In this document: positions 1 through 9,406 of the stretch, one piece after another
Layout of the letters: each line of letters starts with the position of its first letter
Numbering within the stretch: position 1 is the first letter of the stretch
From: Methylomonas sp.
Lineage (GTDB): Bacteria > Pseudomonadota > Gammaproteobacteria > Methylococcales > Methylomonadaceae
DNA: 64,000 bases
Assembly: GCF_023228165.1 (NCBI RefSeq)
Contig: NZ_JALOBS010000005.1
Location: forward strand, 82,264 to 146,263
Reading direction: 5' to 3'
Position numbers and translations under genes: made by a program
The notes under the pieces: generated by a model
Seen by the model: the letters and a program-made list of their open reading frames with translations, nothing else
What the model was told of the DNA's origin: nothing
Database searches by the model: none

Positions 1-314
1 GCAGCCCGGTGCGACTCGGCCTGCGCTGCTTGCTCGGCAGCCAGCTTGAGTTCCGTAGCTTCGGTTAACTGCTGCCGCAGGGCTTCAAGTTGTTGCTTGG
101 CTTCATCCAAGCCGGCCTGTGTTTCTTGTTTGGCTTTTAAGATTGTAGCCGCGCCTCTTTTTAAAAATCCAATCCGAATGCTGTAAAAAATGGCGGTAAG
201 CAACCACACGGAAATCGCAAGACAAAGGGCATATTCCTGGTTATGCAGAGTCAATTGATACCACTGTTGCAGCAGCTCTTTAAAATAGGGCACAAGATTT
301 TGCACGGTTTCCAT
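1..314 (-). CDS. Hypothetical membrane-anchored coiled-coil protein, 5' part only (runs off window start)
   Basis: Hand translation from ATG at 314: METVQNLVPYFKELLQQW...ALCLAISVWLLTAIFYSI (one TM) then an Ala/Gln/Glu-rich coil; no stop before base 1. Confidence 0.6.
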   Translation of the reverse strand, partial: METVQNLVPYFKELLQQWYQLTLHNQEYALCLAISVWLLTAIFYSIRIGFLKRGAATILKAKQETQAGLDEAKQQLEALRQQLTEATELKLAAEQAAQAESHRA

Positions 315-397
315 TACAGGTTCCTGTTTTATAATTATTCGGAAAATCGGATCTTCAAAAAAGACGACGCTAAAAAGCGCATTATATAACGACCAGC

Positions 398-1339
398 TTA
401 TATTTCGTTGAGTAACGACAACTCGCCGGGGTGCGGTGTCAGGTAAAAAGACTCGTCTATAAACGCATCCGGCTGTTTACGAAAATGATGCCGCAACAAA
501 GTCAACGGTACAATCAACGGCACGCTACCTTGACGGTAGGTTTCGATAGTATTCGCCAACTCCTGCTTATCGTCGCTATCGATGGTGCGCTTTAAATAAC
601 CCTGAATATGTTGCAACACATTCACATGGTTACCCCTGGTCGCGACAATCTTAAGGCAGGCCATTAATTCGACAATATACCGTTGAGCAATTTCATCGAT
701 ATTATCGGCCCGCGCTTCGGCAATCAACCGTCCCAATTCCCTGGCCCTATTTTGCTCATGGCTCATGGCGATCAATTTATGCCGGCTATGGAAACGCATC
801 AAGCCGTGCACGGTTAAAGGACTTTGGCACAATTGCCGCCAACGGTGGCGAACAAAGACCCGTTGGATAAAGTTTTCCCGTAAACCGGGATCGCCTAACC
901 GGCCTTCTTCCTCAATGGGTAGGGTTGGAAAATGTTGTTGCAGATAATCGGCAAACACCCCCACTCCGCTACGGGCCGGAATCTGGTTTTTATAGACTTT
1001 GACCCGTTCCATGCCGCAACTGGGCGAGTCCTTCTTTAGAATATAACCGCATAAACCCATCAGCCATTCGCGCTGTCTTTCTCCCACGTCCCGCAACGCT
1101 TCCGTGACATCCAGACTATGGTCCTTAACGCCTACCACCCTGATATGCGGGCCTATTTCCCGCAATTGCACCGCCGGGCGAGGCACACCCAGACCGGCTT
1201 CCACTTCGGGACAAAAGGCCCTGAACTGGAAATATTGACCAAGTGTGCGTTCAATATAACTGTGATATTTGTGCGCGCCATCGTAGCGGACTAAATTGCC
1301 CAACAAACAACTGCTAATGCCTACTAATATACTGTCCAT
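398..1339 (-). CDS. ybgA: YbgA-family protein (DUF523 + DUF1722)
   Basis: GISSCLLGNLVRYDGAHK, CPEVEAGLGVPRP and LKKDSPSCG motifs, plus a C-terminal DUF1722-like region (FHSRHK...NVLQHIQGY); near the photolyase as in other proteobacteria. Confidence 0.88.
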   Translation of the reverse strand: MDSILVGISSCLLGNLVRYDGAHKYHSYIERTLGQYFQFRAFCPEVEAGLGVPRPAVQLREIGPHIRVVGVKDHSLDVTEALRDVGERQREWLMGLCGYILKKDSPSCGMERVKVYKNQIPARSGVGVFADYLQQHFPTLPIEEEGRLGDPGLRENFIQRVFVRHRWRQLCQSPLTVHGLMRFHSRHKLIAMSHEQNRARELGRLIAEARADNIDEIAQRYIVELMACLKIVATRGNHVNVLQHIQGYLKRTIDSDDKQELANTIETYRQGSVPLIVPLTLLRHHFRKQPDAFIDESFYLTPHPGELSLLNEI

Positions 1340-1347
1340 ATTGGTGT

Positions 1348-1866
1348 TTACGGTCGAGGTTGCAAATAAATTAAATCCTCGGTCGGAAAACCCAGGGTTC
1401 GGGCTTGTTGTACCAAGGCCCGCAAAACAGAGTTATCCAGCTTGGGGGTGCGCGCCAGGATCCACAGATATTCGGTAGTGGGTCCGGCAATCATCACATA
1501 CTGATAAGCCGCTTTATCCAGTGCCATGATGTTATAGGCGCCATAAAACGGCCCGAAAAACGACACTTTCAAGCGCCCAACTTGCGGACTGTCGATGAAA
1601 TAAGCTTTACCTTCAGCCATTTGCCGTTGCTGCTCTTCGGCATTGTATCCGCTGTTAATCACCTTTACGCCGCCATCTTCGCGCAAACTGTATTCAGCGG
1701 TTACCTGGGACAAGCCCCGTTCAAAACTGTGATCCAGCCGGGCGATTTCATGCCAGGTGCCCAGATAGCGGTTCAGTTCAAATCCCGTTACCGGCTTGAC
1801 TCCCGCGGGTATGCCGGTGCAAGCCGTGAAACTCAACGCCAAAAGAAAACATAAAAAATACCGCAT
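1348..1866 (-). CDS. blc: Outer-membrane lipoprotein lipocalin
   Basis: Lipobox-like FTAC, lipocalin motifs RYLGTWHEIAR and YLWILARTP. Confidence 0.92.
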   Translation of the reverse strand: MRYFLCFLLALSFTACTGIPAGVKPVTGFELNRYLGTWHEIARLDHSFERGLSQVTAEYSLREDGGVKVINSGYNAEEQQRQMAEGKAYFIDSPQVGRLKVSFFGPFYGAYNIMALDKAAYQYVMIAGPTTEYLWILARTPKLDNSVLRALVQQARTLGFPTEDLIYLQPRP

Positions 1867-1874
1867 AAATACGC

Positions 1875-3242
1875 CTATGGTTGTTGGCCGGCTTGCTGAA
1901 ACAAGATCTTGGCCTGTTGGCTGCGTATGCCGTGCGCCACTATCGGCGGTGGATAACTGCCGGCCAACGGTTTTTGGTAGCCATTATGGATCGCTGCCGG
2001 CGTATGGTCTTTTAACACCGGCAACCAGTGTTTGATATACACGCAATCGGGATCGAATTTTTTTTGCTGCAGCCAGGGATTGAAAATTCGGAAGTAAGGT
2101 TGGGCATCGCAACCGGTGGATGCCGCCCATTGCCAGTTACCGTTATTCAGACAGGGGTCGTAATCCAGCAACTGGCGGGCAAAATAACCTTCACCCCATT
2201 GCCAATCAATATGCAAATCCTTCACCAAAAATGAGGCGACGATCATGCGCACCCGATTATGCATACCGCCGGTCTGGTTTAACTGCCGCATCCCGGCATC
2301 GACAATGGGGAAACCGGTCCGCCCTTCGGCCCAGGCCTGGAATTCCTCTCTGTCGTTGCGCCAGACTATCCGGTCGTAGCGTTGATGGAAGCCATGTCCG
2401 AAAACTCGCGGAAAGTAAAAGGCAATGTGGGTAAAAAAATCCCGCCAATACAATTGCCGTAACAAAGGATGTTCGGTTCCCAGCTTTTCCACCACCGCAT
2501 AATAGGCTTCCCGGACCGAGCAACAGCCGAACTTGAGATAGGCCGACAAATTGCTGCCGGCCGACAGCGCAGGATAATCGCGTTGTCGACTGTAGTCCCT
2601 GCAATCCGCCAGGCTTTCCAGCTTTTGCAATGCGGCTTGCCGACCGCCAAGCAACGCATGGTGATGGGCTTGCTGCAATTGCGAAACCAGATCGGCGTGG
2701 TGTTCGCCATCAAGCAATTGTCCTTCAGCCAAGCCTTGCGGCAGACCGACCGGATGCAAGCGGGACCTGTTATAAAAGGCTGTGAATACCTGATAAGCTG
2801 AACCATCGCTTTTCAGGCAAGTTTCCGGCTCATTTAGCAACGCGTCGGCACAACTATAAAAATCCAGCCCCTGCTTCTCGCAAAATGTTTGCAACTCGGC
2901 GTCGCGCCGGCGGCTGAAGGGGGTGAAATCGCGATTGACAAATACCGCATCGAAAACCTGTTCACGTTGCAAGCGGCTGATAATCTGTTCGGGTTGCCCA
3001 TGATATAAACCGAGTTGACGCTGGTGGGCCTGAAACTGCTGCTGCAAGTCTTGCAAGGCCTCCAGCATAAATTGCAACCCCGGTCGACTTTGATAGGGAT
3101 GCGGTTCGATCTGGCGCGGGTCGAAAATAAAACAAGCCAACACCTGCTCGGACTGTTGCAAGGCGGCATTCAATCCGGAATTGTCGTATAAACGTAGATC
3201 GCGACGAAAAATAAACAGGGATTTTGCAAAGCGTTTCTTCAT
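1875..3242 (-). CDS. phrB: Deoxyribodipyrimidine photolyase (class I CPD photolyase/cryptochrome family)
   Basis: FRRDLRLYDN, LSAYLKFG, WAEGRTGFPIVDAGMRQL, MHNRVRMIVASFL and NNGNWQW FAD-binding motifs. Confidence 0.95.
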   Translation of the reverse strand: MKKRFAKSLFIFRRDLRLYDNSGLNAALQQSEQVLACFIFDPRQIEPHPYQSRPGLQFMLEALQDLQQQFQAHQRQLGLYHGQPEQIISRLQREQVFDAVFVNRDFTPFSRRRDAELQTFCEKQGLDFYSCADALLNEPETCLKSDGSAYQVFTAFYNRSRLHPVGLPQGLAEGQLLDGEHHADLVSQLQQAHHHALLGGRQAALQKLESLADCRDYSRQRDYPALSAGSNLSAYLKFGCCSVREAYYAVVEKLGTEHPLLRQLYWRDFFTHIAFYFPRVFGHGFHQRYDRIVWRNDREEFQAWAEGRTGFPIVDAGMRQLNQTGGMHNRVRMIVASFLVKDLHIDWQWGEGYFARQLLDYDPCLNNGNWQWAASTGCDAQPYFRIFNPWLQQKKFDPDCVYIKHWLPVLKDHTPAAIHNGYQKPLAGSYPPPIVAHGIRSQQAKILFQQAGQQP

Positions 3243-3248
3243 ACCGGG

Positions 3249-3761
3249 TTAAAAGCAATCGCCCCAGTGAATGATCATTTGCTGACAGTTAAACAGAATA
3301 TTAGGGTAATGCTGGTAAATCACCCAGCGAAAGGCCAAATCGCAATAAGCAGCCACCGTCATCCAGCGCGCCACACTGGGCCAAATACGGCTGGAGCTGT
3401 TTTTGGAACAACGCCATACCGCTCCCGTCCAGTAAATAAGCGGCATGGCTATAATGATATGCATGGTTACCCAACTGGCCACCGTGAATGTACCTTCCTG
3501 AACACGATAATCGATATACCACAATATACCGTTAAAAAAAATAAAGAAAGGCCAGAATGCGTCCTTTAATTTCAAACAGCCCAACCAACTCCACTGTAAA
3601 TAAAAATACAAGGTGGGCGGGGTGCGTTCTTCCCATTCCGGTAAGGGTTCAGGTGTGATGGTGTAGATCAGCACGGCAAACGCCAAACCCAACAGTAGCG
3701 CTTCGTACCAGGCAATGAATGAGGTAAAGGCAAATAATAAAGATAGGCTATCGATAAGCAT
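3249..3761 (-). CDS. Hypothetical multi-pass membrane protein
   Basis: 170 aa ORF with several hydrophobic Trp-rich segments, 6 bp from neighbours in a co-directional run. Confidence 0.7.
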   Translation of the reverse strand: MLIDSLSLLFAFTSFIAWYEALLLGLAFAVLIYTITPEPLPEWEERTPPTLYFYLQWSWLGCLKLKDAFWPFFIFFNGILWYIDYRVQEGTFTVASWVTMHIIIAMPLIYWTGAVWRCSKNSSSRIWPSVARWMTVAAYCDLAFRWVIYQHYPNILFNCQQMIIHWGDCF

Positions 3762-3767
3762 GATTGA

Positions 3768-4682
3768 TTATTGGATGGGGAACAGAAGATTGCGCAAGGC
3801 TGAGTCGAGTTGGGTAAATTGAAAGGAATAACCTTTATCCAAAAGCCGTTGAGGAATCACACGCTGGCTACCCAAAACCAGGGCGGCCATTTCGCCCAGC
3901 AATAGCTTTAGCGCGAATTCCGGCATGGGCAGCAATAGAGGGCGGTTTAAAACCCCCGCCAAATTTTCGCTGAACTCTCTATTCGTAACCGGAATCGGCG
4001 CCGTAGCATTATAGGGTCCCCGCATATTGGGATTGCCTATCATGGCTTGCGCAATTTCCAGCCAGTCTTGCAGATGTACCCAAGACATCCATTGCCCGCC
4101 CTGTCCTAGCCGACCGCCCAAACCAAGCCGAAACGGCAGCAACATGCGTTTCAGTAATCCGCCACCCTGCCCCAAGACCAGCCCGGTACGTATCAAACAA
4201 ACCCGCGTACCACTGGCTTCCGCCTGCAGTGCGGACTGCTCCCAATCAGCACATAATTGCTGAGAGAAGTCGACCCGCGGCAGGCTTTGTTCGGTCAGCA
4301 ATTCATCGCCCTGATCGCCATAAAAACCGATGGCGGAACCGCTAATCAATACATCCGGCGGGCTATTAGACGAGTTAATCCAGTTGACCAGTTGCCGGGT
4401 AAAATCGATACGGCTTTTACGCAATACCTGCTTGCGCGCATCGTTCCAGCGTTGATCGAAAATTCCCGCACCGGCCAAATTGATCACGGCTTTATAGCTG
4501 GAAGCGTCGGGCAAGTCTTCGATCCGTGTGATGGCCGGCACCTGATGGTGAAAAGCTCGCTGCACTTTGTCGGCACTGCGGCTGAAAATCGTTACAGGTT
4601 GATTTTCCTGTAACCATTTATAAGTCAAGGCGCTACCCAAAAAACCAGTACCGCCGGTAATTAAAATGGATTTATTTGGCAT
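3768..4682 (-). CDS. TIGR01777-family NAD-dependent epimerase/oxidoreductase (YfcH-like)
   Basis: ITGGTGFLG Rossmann motif, VINLAGAGIF, SGSAIGFYG, RTGLVLG, GPYNATAP. Confidence 0.92.
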   Translation of the reverse strand: MPNKSILITGGTGFLGSALTYKWLQENQPVTIFSRSADKVQRAFHHQVPAITRIEDLPDASSYKAVINLAGAGIFDQRWNDARKQVLRKSRIDFTRQLVNWINSSNSPPDVLISGSAIGFYGDQGDELLTEQSLPRVDFSQQLCADWEQSALQAEASGTRVCLIRTGLVLGQGGGLLKRMLLPFRLGLGGRLGQGGQWMSWVHLQDWLEIAQAMIGNPNMRGPYNATAPIPVTNREFSENLAGVLNRPLLLPMPEFALKLLLGEMAALVLGSQRVIPQRLLDKGYSFQFTQLDSALRNLLFPIQ

Positions 4683-4712
4683 CTGCGTGCTCCGGTAAAT
4701 CTTGATTCAAAA

Positions 4713-5354
4713 TTATTCGTTATCTTCAAGCGAAATCGGCCTACCCTTTGGGAGCATCAACTTGGCCAATTGCCGGTTTTTAAGCCTAACCAGCACTCTG
4801 AAGCCCAACAAAAATGAAATGATGGTCAGATAAAATAAGGGCTGAAACAAATTACCTTTCAGTTGCCAGAAATAATGAATAACGGCTGCTCCGGCGGCAT
4901 AATAAATAAGCCGATGCAGTTTTTTCCAATTTTTACCCAAGCGTTTTTTAGCGGATTTGGGTGAAGTAATCGCCAGCATTAAGACAATAACATAAGCGAT
5001 TACGCCGAACCAGATATACGAACTCTCGATAATATCGATTCCTATCACCCGCCATGCGCCGGCATGATCGACAAATAAATAGCCGAATACATGTAAGGTG
5101 GCGTAAAAAAATGCATATAACCCTAGCATTTGCCGATATTCAGCCATCCCCCGCCATTTGGTCATCGTTTGAATCGGCGTAACGGCCAGCGTAAGGCAGA
5201 GAAAACGCAAAGACCAATCTCCCAGGCGAATATGAATGGCCTGAATCGGATTTGAGCCTAAATTATTGGTGACAATATCCAATAGCAAACCGAATAGGGG
5301 CAGCAAACAACCTATTGAAATAACGATCCATGCATTATTGATACGAAACCACAT
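4713..5354 (-). CDS. msrQ: Methionine-sulfoxide reductase heme-binding membrane subunit (YedZ)
   Basis: Ferric-reductase-like TM protein (LAVTP, RQMLGLYAF, LH, WKKLHRLIY); overlaps the msrP stop. Confidence 0.9.
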   Translation of the reverse strand: MWFRINNAWIVISIGCLLPLFGLLLDIVTNNLGSNPIQAIHIRLGDWSLRFLCLTLAVTPIQTMTKWRGMAEYRQMLGLYAFFYATLHVFGYLFVDHAGAWRVIGIDIIESSYIWFGVIAYVIVLMLAITSPKSAKKRLGKNWKKLHRLIYYAAGAAVIHYFWQLKGNLFQPLFYLTIISFLLGFRVLVRLKNRQLAKLMLPKGRPISLEDNE

Positions 5355-6313
5355 CAGTAAAAATGCCGTAAGTCCATGTCACTATATAAAGAAGCGACTT
5401 GCTCGCCATAGCCGTTATAAAGTTCCGTCTGACGACGCGGCGTAAAAAACCTACTACCCAATCGTCGCTCGCTAAATTGACTCCAGCGCGGGTGAGGTAC
5501 CGACGGATTGACATTGGCATAAAACCCATATTCGTTGGGCGCGAATGCGTGCCAGGTGGTCATGGGCGCTCGGTTTAACAATTCGATTTTAACGATGGCC
5601 TTGATGCTTTTAAAACCGTATTTCCAGGGCACCACCAAACGTAAAGCCGCCCCGTTTTGTTTGGGTAACGCATCGCCATACATGCCGACAGCTAAAATCG
5701 TCAGCGGATGAACGGCCTCGTCAATGCGTAATGCTTCCACATATGGCCAATCCAGCATGGCATTGATACGCTGCTTAGGCATGTTCTCCGGGTCATATAT
5801 AGAGGTAAACTTGACAAACTTGGCTTTGGACAACGGTTTGAGCCTTTTAATCAGATCGACCAGTGGAAACCCAATCCACGGAATGACCATGGACCAGGCC
5901 TCGACACAGCGAAAACGGTAAACGTATTCCTGTAAAGTTTGCCGTCCCAGAATATCTTCCAACTGATAATGGCCCGGTTTTTCTACTTCCCCGCTGATTT
6001 CGATAGTCCAGTTGTCTGTGTGAAGACTTTGCGCCAATTCAGTGGAGTCCTGTTTATTAAAAGAAAACTCATAGTAATTTGTGTAGTTTTTAACTAATTC
6101 CGGCGGGGTAATTAAGCCTATATCGGTAGAATGTTTACTCTTCGTTAATGCCGGCCAACGTAATTGAGGGACAGTATTAGCCGAAACCGACCCAATAGCA
6201 GCAGGAAGCAAAGTACCCGCCAACAGGGCCTTGATAATGTTCCGCCGCTGTTGAAATACTAATGGATCTGTAATTTCACTCGCAGGGATAGCTTTATTTG
6301 TTTTTATAATCAT
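5354..6313 (-). CDS. msrP: Methionine-sulfoxide reductase molybdopterin catalytic subunit (YedY)
   Basis: Tat-like QRRNIIK, NYYEF, YRFRCVEAWSMVIPW, VVPWKYGFKSIK, YGFYANVNP. Confidence 0.95.
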   Translation of the reverse strand: MIIKTNKAIPASEITDPLVFQQRRNIIKALLAGTLLPAAIGSVSANTVPQLRWPALTKSKHSTDIGLITPPELVKNYTNYYEFSFNKQDSTELAQSLHTDNWTIEISGEVEKPGHYQLEDILGRQTLQEYVYRFRCVEAWSMVIPWIGFPLVDLIKRLKPLSKAKFVKFTSIYDPENMPKQRINAMLDWPYVEALRIDEAVHPLTILAVGMYGDALPKQNGAALRLVVPWKYGFKSIKAIVKIELLNRAPMTTWHAFAPNEYGFYANVNPSVPHPRWSQFSERRLGSRFFTPRRQTELYNGYGEQVASLYSDMDLRHFY

Positions 6314-6362
6314 CCTAAATCACCTGCAGGTTGGAGCCGGGCCAAACAATGCCAGCGTGAAG

Positions 6363-7190
6363 TTATTTTTTGCCTTTAGGTATCAATCCTAACAACTGTT
6401 TAAACTTGCGTTCGGTTATAAAGGCCAACGAAAACAATTGAATAAAATTTTCAGCCTCAATTAAATCCAAACCGATATTGACGGGTACTAATTCCTTACG
6501 AGTACCAAAGATACGATCCCAAACAGCTAAAACAATACCGTAATTACTATCATGTTCTATACGTAAAGTGGAATGATGAGTGCGGTGCAAACAAGGTGTA
6601 ATAATATAATTTGATATCAATTGTTCATTTGGAACACGAATATTGGCATGATGAAAAAATATGAAAAACAGCTCTATAATTTCAATTGACAATACTAAAT
6701 AAGCATCGACACCAATAACGATAACGAACAGGCATTTGTAGGCTATTTCAAGCAAAAGATCAAATACATGAAAACGAAAACCCGTGGATACGTTAAAGCT
6801 TTTATCGCTATGGTGCACTTTATGAAAACGCCATAACCATTCATATTTATGGCTGGCAACATGCCAAGCATAAATAGCCAAGTCAAAGAGAGCAAAAGCC
6901 AACAACCATTTTAAAGGTCCGTTCTGCAAACCGCTTAACAAGCCTATAGACGAAAACTGCTGCGCCACTAAAAATAAGGAAGAAGCTCTTAATATCGTTA
7001 AAATAATATTATTGACTAAAAATGCAGTAGTATTGGTAACAATAGATTTCTTATAAACTTTTTTAGTAAAGTATCTATAAGGTTTAAACTTTTCGATAAC
7101 CAGTAATGTCACAAATGCCAATATGGCCAACCCAAATAAAGCACCGGTGACTGCCATATCAGCATTTCCAGCGTGTTCCAAAGCCCCCAT
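6363..7190 (-). CDS. Sterol desaturase/fatty-acid hydroxylase family membrane di-iron enzyme
   Basis: Histidine boxes HVASH, HKVHH, HH and HRTHH with TM segments; SNYG motif. Confidence 0.85.
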   Translation of the reverse strand: MGALEHAGNADMAVTGALFGLAILAFVTLLVIEKFKPYRYFTKKVYKKSIVTNTTAFLVNNIILTILRASSLFLVAQQFSSIGLLSGLQNGPLKWLLAFALFDLAIYAWHVASHKYEWLWRFHKVHHSDKSFNVSTGFRFHVFDLLLEIAYKCLFVIVIGVDAYLVLSIEIIELFFIFFHHANIRVPNEQLISNYIITPCLHRTHHSTLRIEHDSNYGIVLAVWDRIFGTRKELVPVNIGLDLIEAENFIQLFSLAFITERKFKQLLGLIPKGKK

Positions 7191-7340
7191 AACCCCACCC
7201 CTATTAAATCCAATAACTATTATTCTTATTCACTATTCGGCGCAAAGCACAACAGGTCTCCCCGCGAACGACCTCGTGCCGTCCCACCTGCTTCCATGCA
7301 GGGAAGTAGGAAAATAGAAATCAAGGGAAACGCTTATTTT

Positions 7341-7379
7341 GCCCCTTCATCCCAGCCTTCTCCCGCCGGAAGAAGGGGC
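7341..7379. repeat. Short GC-rich inverted repeat, REP-like
   Basis: gccccttc...gaaggggc arms with inner ccttct/agaagg, in the LOV-desaturase intergenic gap. Confidence 0.4.
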
Positions 7380-7398
7380 GAACTGCCTCGCCGACCAG

Positions 7399-7860
7399 TT
7401 ACTGTTCTTTCTTTTGATCAGCACTTAATAATTCGGTCAACGCCTTTATTTCATTCTTAGCGTCAACTTGCTGAGTAATATCGTACTGCACGCCCAAGTA
7501 ATAAATAACGCGCTGCTTTTTATCAAACAAAGGAATTACTTTTAAATGGTTATGAAACAATGTGCCATCCTTTTTGTAATTACGCAAGGTCACTTCAACG
7601 CCCTGCTGGTTATTCATAGCTTCGGCAATTTGATAACGCGCAACTTGCTCTCTGTCCTCGCCTTGTAAAAATCGGCAATTATGACCAACGATTTCCTCTT
7701 GAGAATAACCGGTCAGGCGCTCAAATGCTTTATTGGCATATATTATCGGCGCATCCTCCAAATCGGGATCAGCCAAAGTGACGCCATTAACACATTCATC
7801 CAAAATCGCGGACAACACTTGAGGGATAATGCCCGAGTCTTTATCAACAATAAAATTCAT
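7399..7860 (-). CDS. Stand-alone short LOV (PAS) blue-light photoreceptor
   Basis: Canonical GHNCRFLQG with the photoactive Cys, PIIYANKAF, NYKKDGT and YYLGVQ; no effector domain. Confidence 0.92.
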   Translation of the reverse strand: MNFIVDKDSGIIPQVLSAILDECVNGVTLADPDLEDAPIIYANKAFERLTGYSQEEIVGHNCRFLQGEDREQVARYQIAEAMNNQQGVEVTLRNYKKDGTLFHNHLKVIPLFDKKQRVIYYLGVQYDITQQVDAKNEIKALTELLSADQKKEQ

Positions 7861-7901
7861 GCTCGCACTCCAAAATCAGTCTGTATTTATAATTATCAAT
7901 T

Positions 7902-8378
7902 TCACTCAACGGCAATTAATTTTTTTATATTCTCAACGGTATTCTCGGCTCCGTCTTCAATGGCATAACGAATTAGCTTTTCAAAAGGCCGCATGAAAAT
8001 ATCCAATTCCAACAATTCAAATCGAAAAGTCAACCGAGTAGGTTTCCTTTGCTCATTAGCATTTAATATATAACTATGTTTATAAGGCTGATCCAATCCT
8101 TTTAAAATTAACTTATCAAACGGACTAAAATCTGTAATAGCGAATGTCGATTCAATTTCAGCATCATTATCCACGCGCACTTGTTTTGCTTTTGCACCAA
8201 CAAATACCTTATTACCATCCAATGGTTCAAATTTCACCACTTCGACGGCCCATTTCGGATAATTATTGAAAAATTGCTCTCCCACATAAGCAAACACATC
8301 GCAGAGAGGCTTATCAATTTCTATAGTTGCCTCGCCAACAACAGGCTTAGTTGAATCAAACGGTAACTTCAAACGCAT
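7902..8378 (-). CDS. SRPBCC/START-like (polyketide cyclase/dehydrase) ligand-binding protein
   Basis: 158 aa helix-grip pattern (TIEIDKP..VFAYV..YPKW...C-terminal helix ENIKKLI). Confidence 0.7.
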   Translation of the reverse strand: MRLKLPFDSTKPVVGEATIEIDKPLCDVFAYVGEQFFNNYPKWAVEVVKFEPLDGNKVFVGAKAKQVRVDNDAEIESTFAITDFSPFDKLILKGLDQPYKHSYILNANEQRKPTRLTFRFELLELDIFMRPFEKLIRYAIEDGAENTVENIKKLIAVE

Positions 8379-8395
8379 AACAATCCCCTATATAA

Positions 8396-8413
8396 AGTTG
8401 AATTGTTTCAACT
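8396..8413. promoter_or_regulatory. Perfect palindrome AGTTGAA-N4-TTCAACT, FNR/CRP-family-like box
   Basis: Ends about 18 bp from the SRPBCC start; core TTGAA-N4-TTCAA versus FNR consensus TTGAT-N4-ATCAA. Confidence 0.35.
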
Positions 8414-8493
8414 CGAGCAATATAAATTTTGAAAAATTTCGGCAGTCATTGTAGGCCAATATATTAAGGTATAAATAAAATCCTGCAAGTTAC

Positions 8494-9372
8494 TCAATTT
8501 GTCTTTTCTTTTTTATCCAATAACCAGTAGGTTACTCCCAAGGCGAATACCGCGGCGGCACTGGCATAAATATAATGTGGTTCTAAATATTTAAAATCAA
8601 AAACGATCACTTTTCTGGATATAGCCATCAACGCGGTAGCCACTACCAGTTTTACGGGAATCACATCACTACGCAAATACAAACTAATGTTTAAATAAAT
8701 TTCTATTGCAATAAGTACCAATAAAAACGCACTAAACGTCGACAATAAATCCGTTATGCTCAAAACCAAATATGGAGGCGTGGCAAGCTTTTGATACAAC
8801 ACAAAAATCACTTGAAACACACCAAGAAAAATTACCATTACCATTAAGCCGGCTAAAATAGTTACCGCAAAACGAATAGCTTTGTGAAACGACTTGAGAA
8901 TATCACCCTGCTCATCATCAACCGGTAATTCTTCATGTGATTTACGTTTTTGATAGGCGCCTTTAAAATGCGTCATCAATGTGCCCAGCAACCTTTGATT
9001 CAGTTCGCTATGAGGAGAACCACCGCCCTCGCTGAAGAAACTATTCACTCCTTCAATATTCAGACCGGCCAACTGGGACATATCCAGCTCTTCAAAGCCC
9101 ATGCTCCAATCTGGAAATTGCCGTTCACTTATGTATTTTCGTTCTAGTTCAATTATATTTTTATGGCGTGGATCCCGTTTGAGTTTTAGAAAAGCTTTAT
9201 TAACCTCTTCTTCCTTACCTTCCAAAACCTGCACAAAACACTCATTAAAGTACAACAGAACGCCGGTGATGCCGGAAGCTGAATTACAGCGCCGACACTG
9301 CCTCAGGAGCGACATTAAATCATCGGTAGAAAAAGGTTTTACTGCATGACTGATGTAAACTAACCGGATCAT
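8494..9372 (-). CDS. BLUF photoreceptor fused to a PsiE-like membrane domain
   Basis: N-terminal RLVYIS...N..SGITGVLLY..FVQVLEG...RH...WSM retains the BLUF Tyr/Asn/Gln/Met; C-terminal TM region with LIAIE...ATALMAISRKVIVFD resembles PsiE. Confidence 0.88.
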   Translation of the reverse strand: MIRLVYISHAVKPFSTDDLMSLLRQCRRCNSASGITGVLLYFNECFVQVLEGKEEEVNKAFLKLKRDPRHKNIIELERKYISERQFPDWSMGFEELDMSQLAGLNIEGVNSFFSEGGGSPHSELNQRLLGTLMTHFKGAYQKRKSHEELPVDDEQGDILKSFHKAIRFAVTILAGLMVMVIFLGVFQVIFVLYQKLATPPYLVLSITDLLSTFSAFLLVLIAIEIYLNISLYLRSDVIPVKLVVATALMAISRKVIVFDFKYLEPHYIYASAAAVFALGVTYWLLDKKEKTN

Positions 9373-9406
9373 AACCCTGCTCCCAAAGCCCTTACGTCAG
9401 GCGCCA

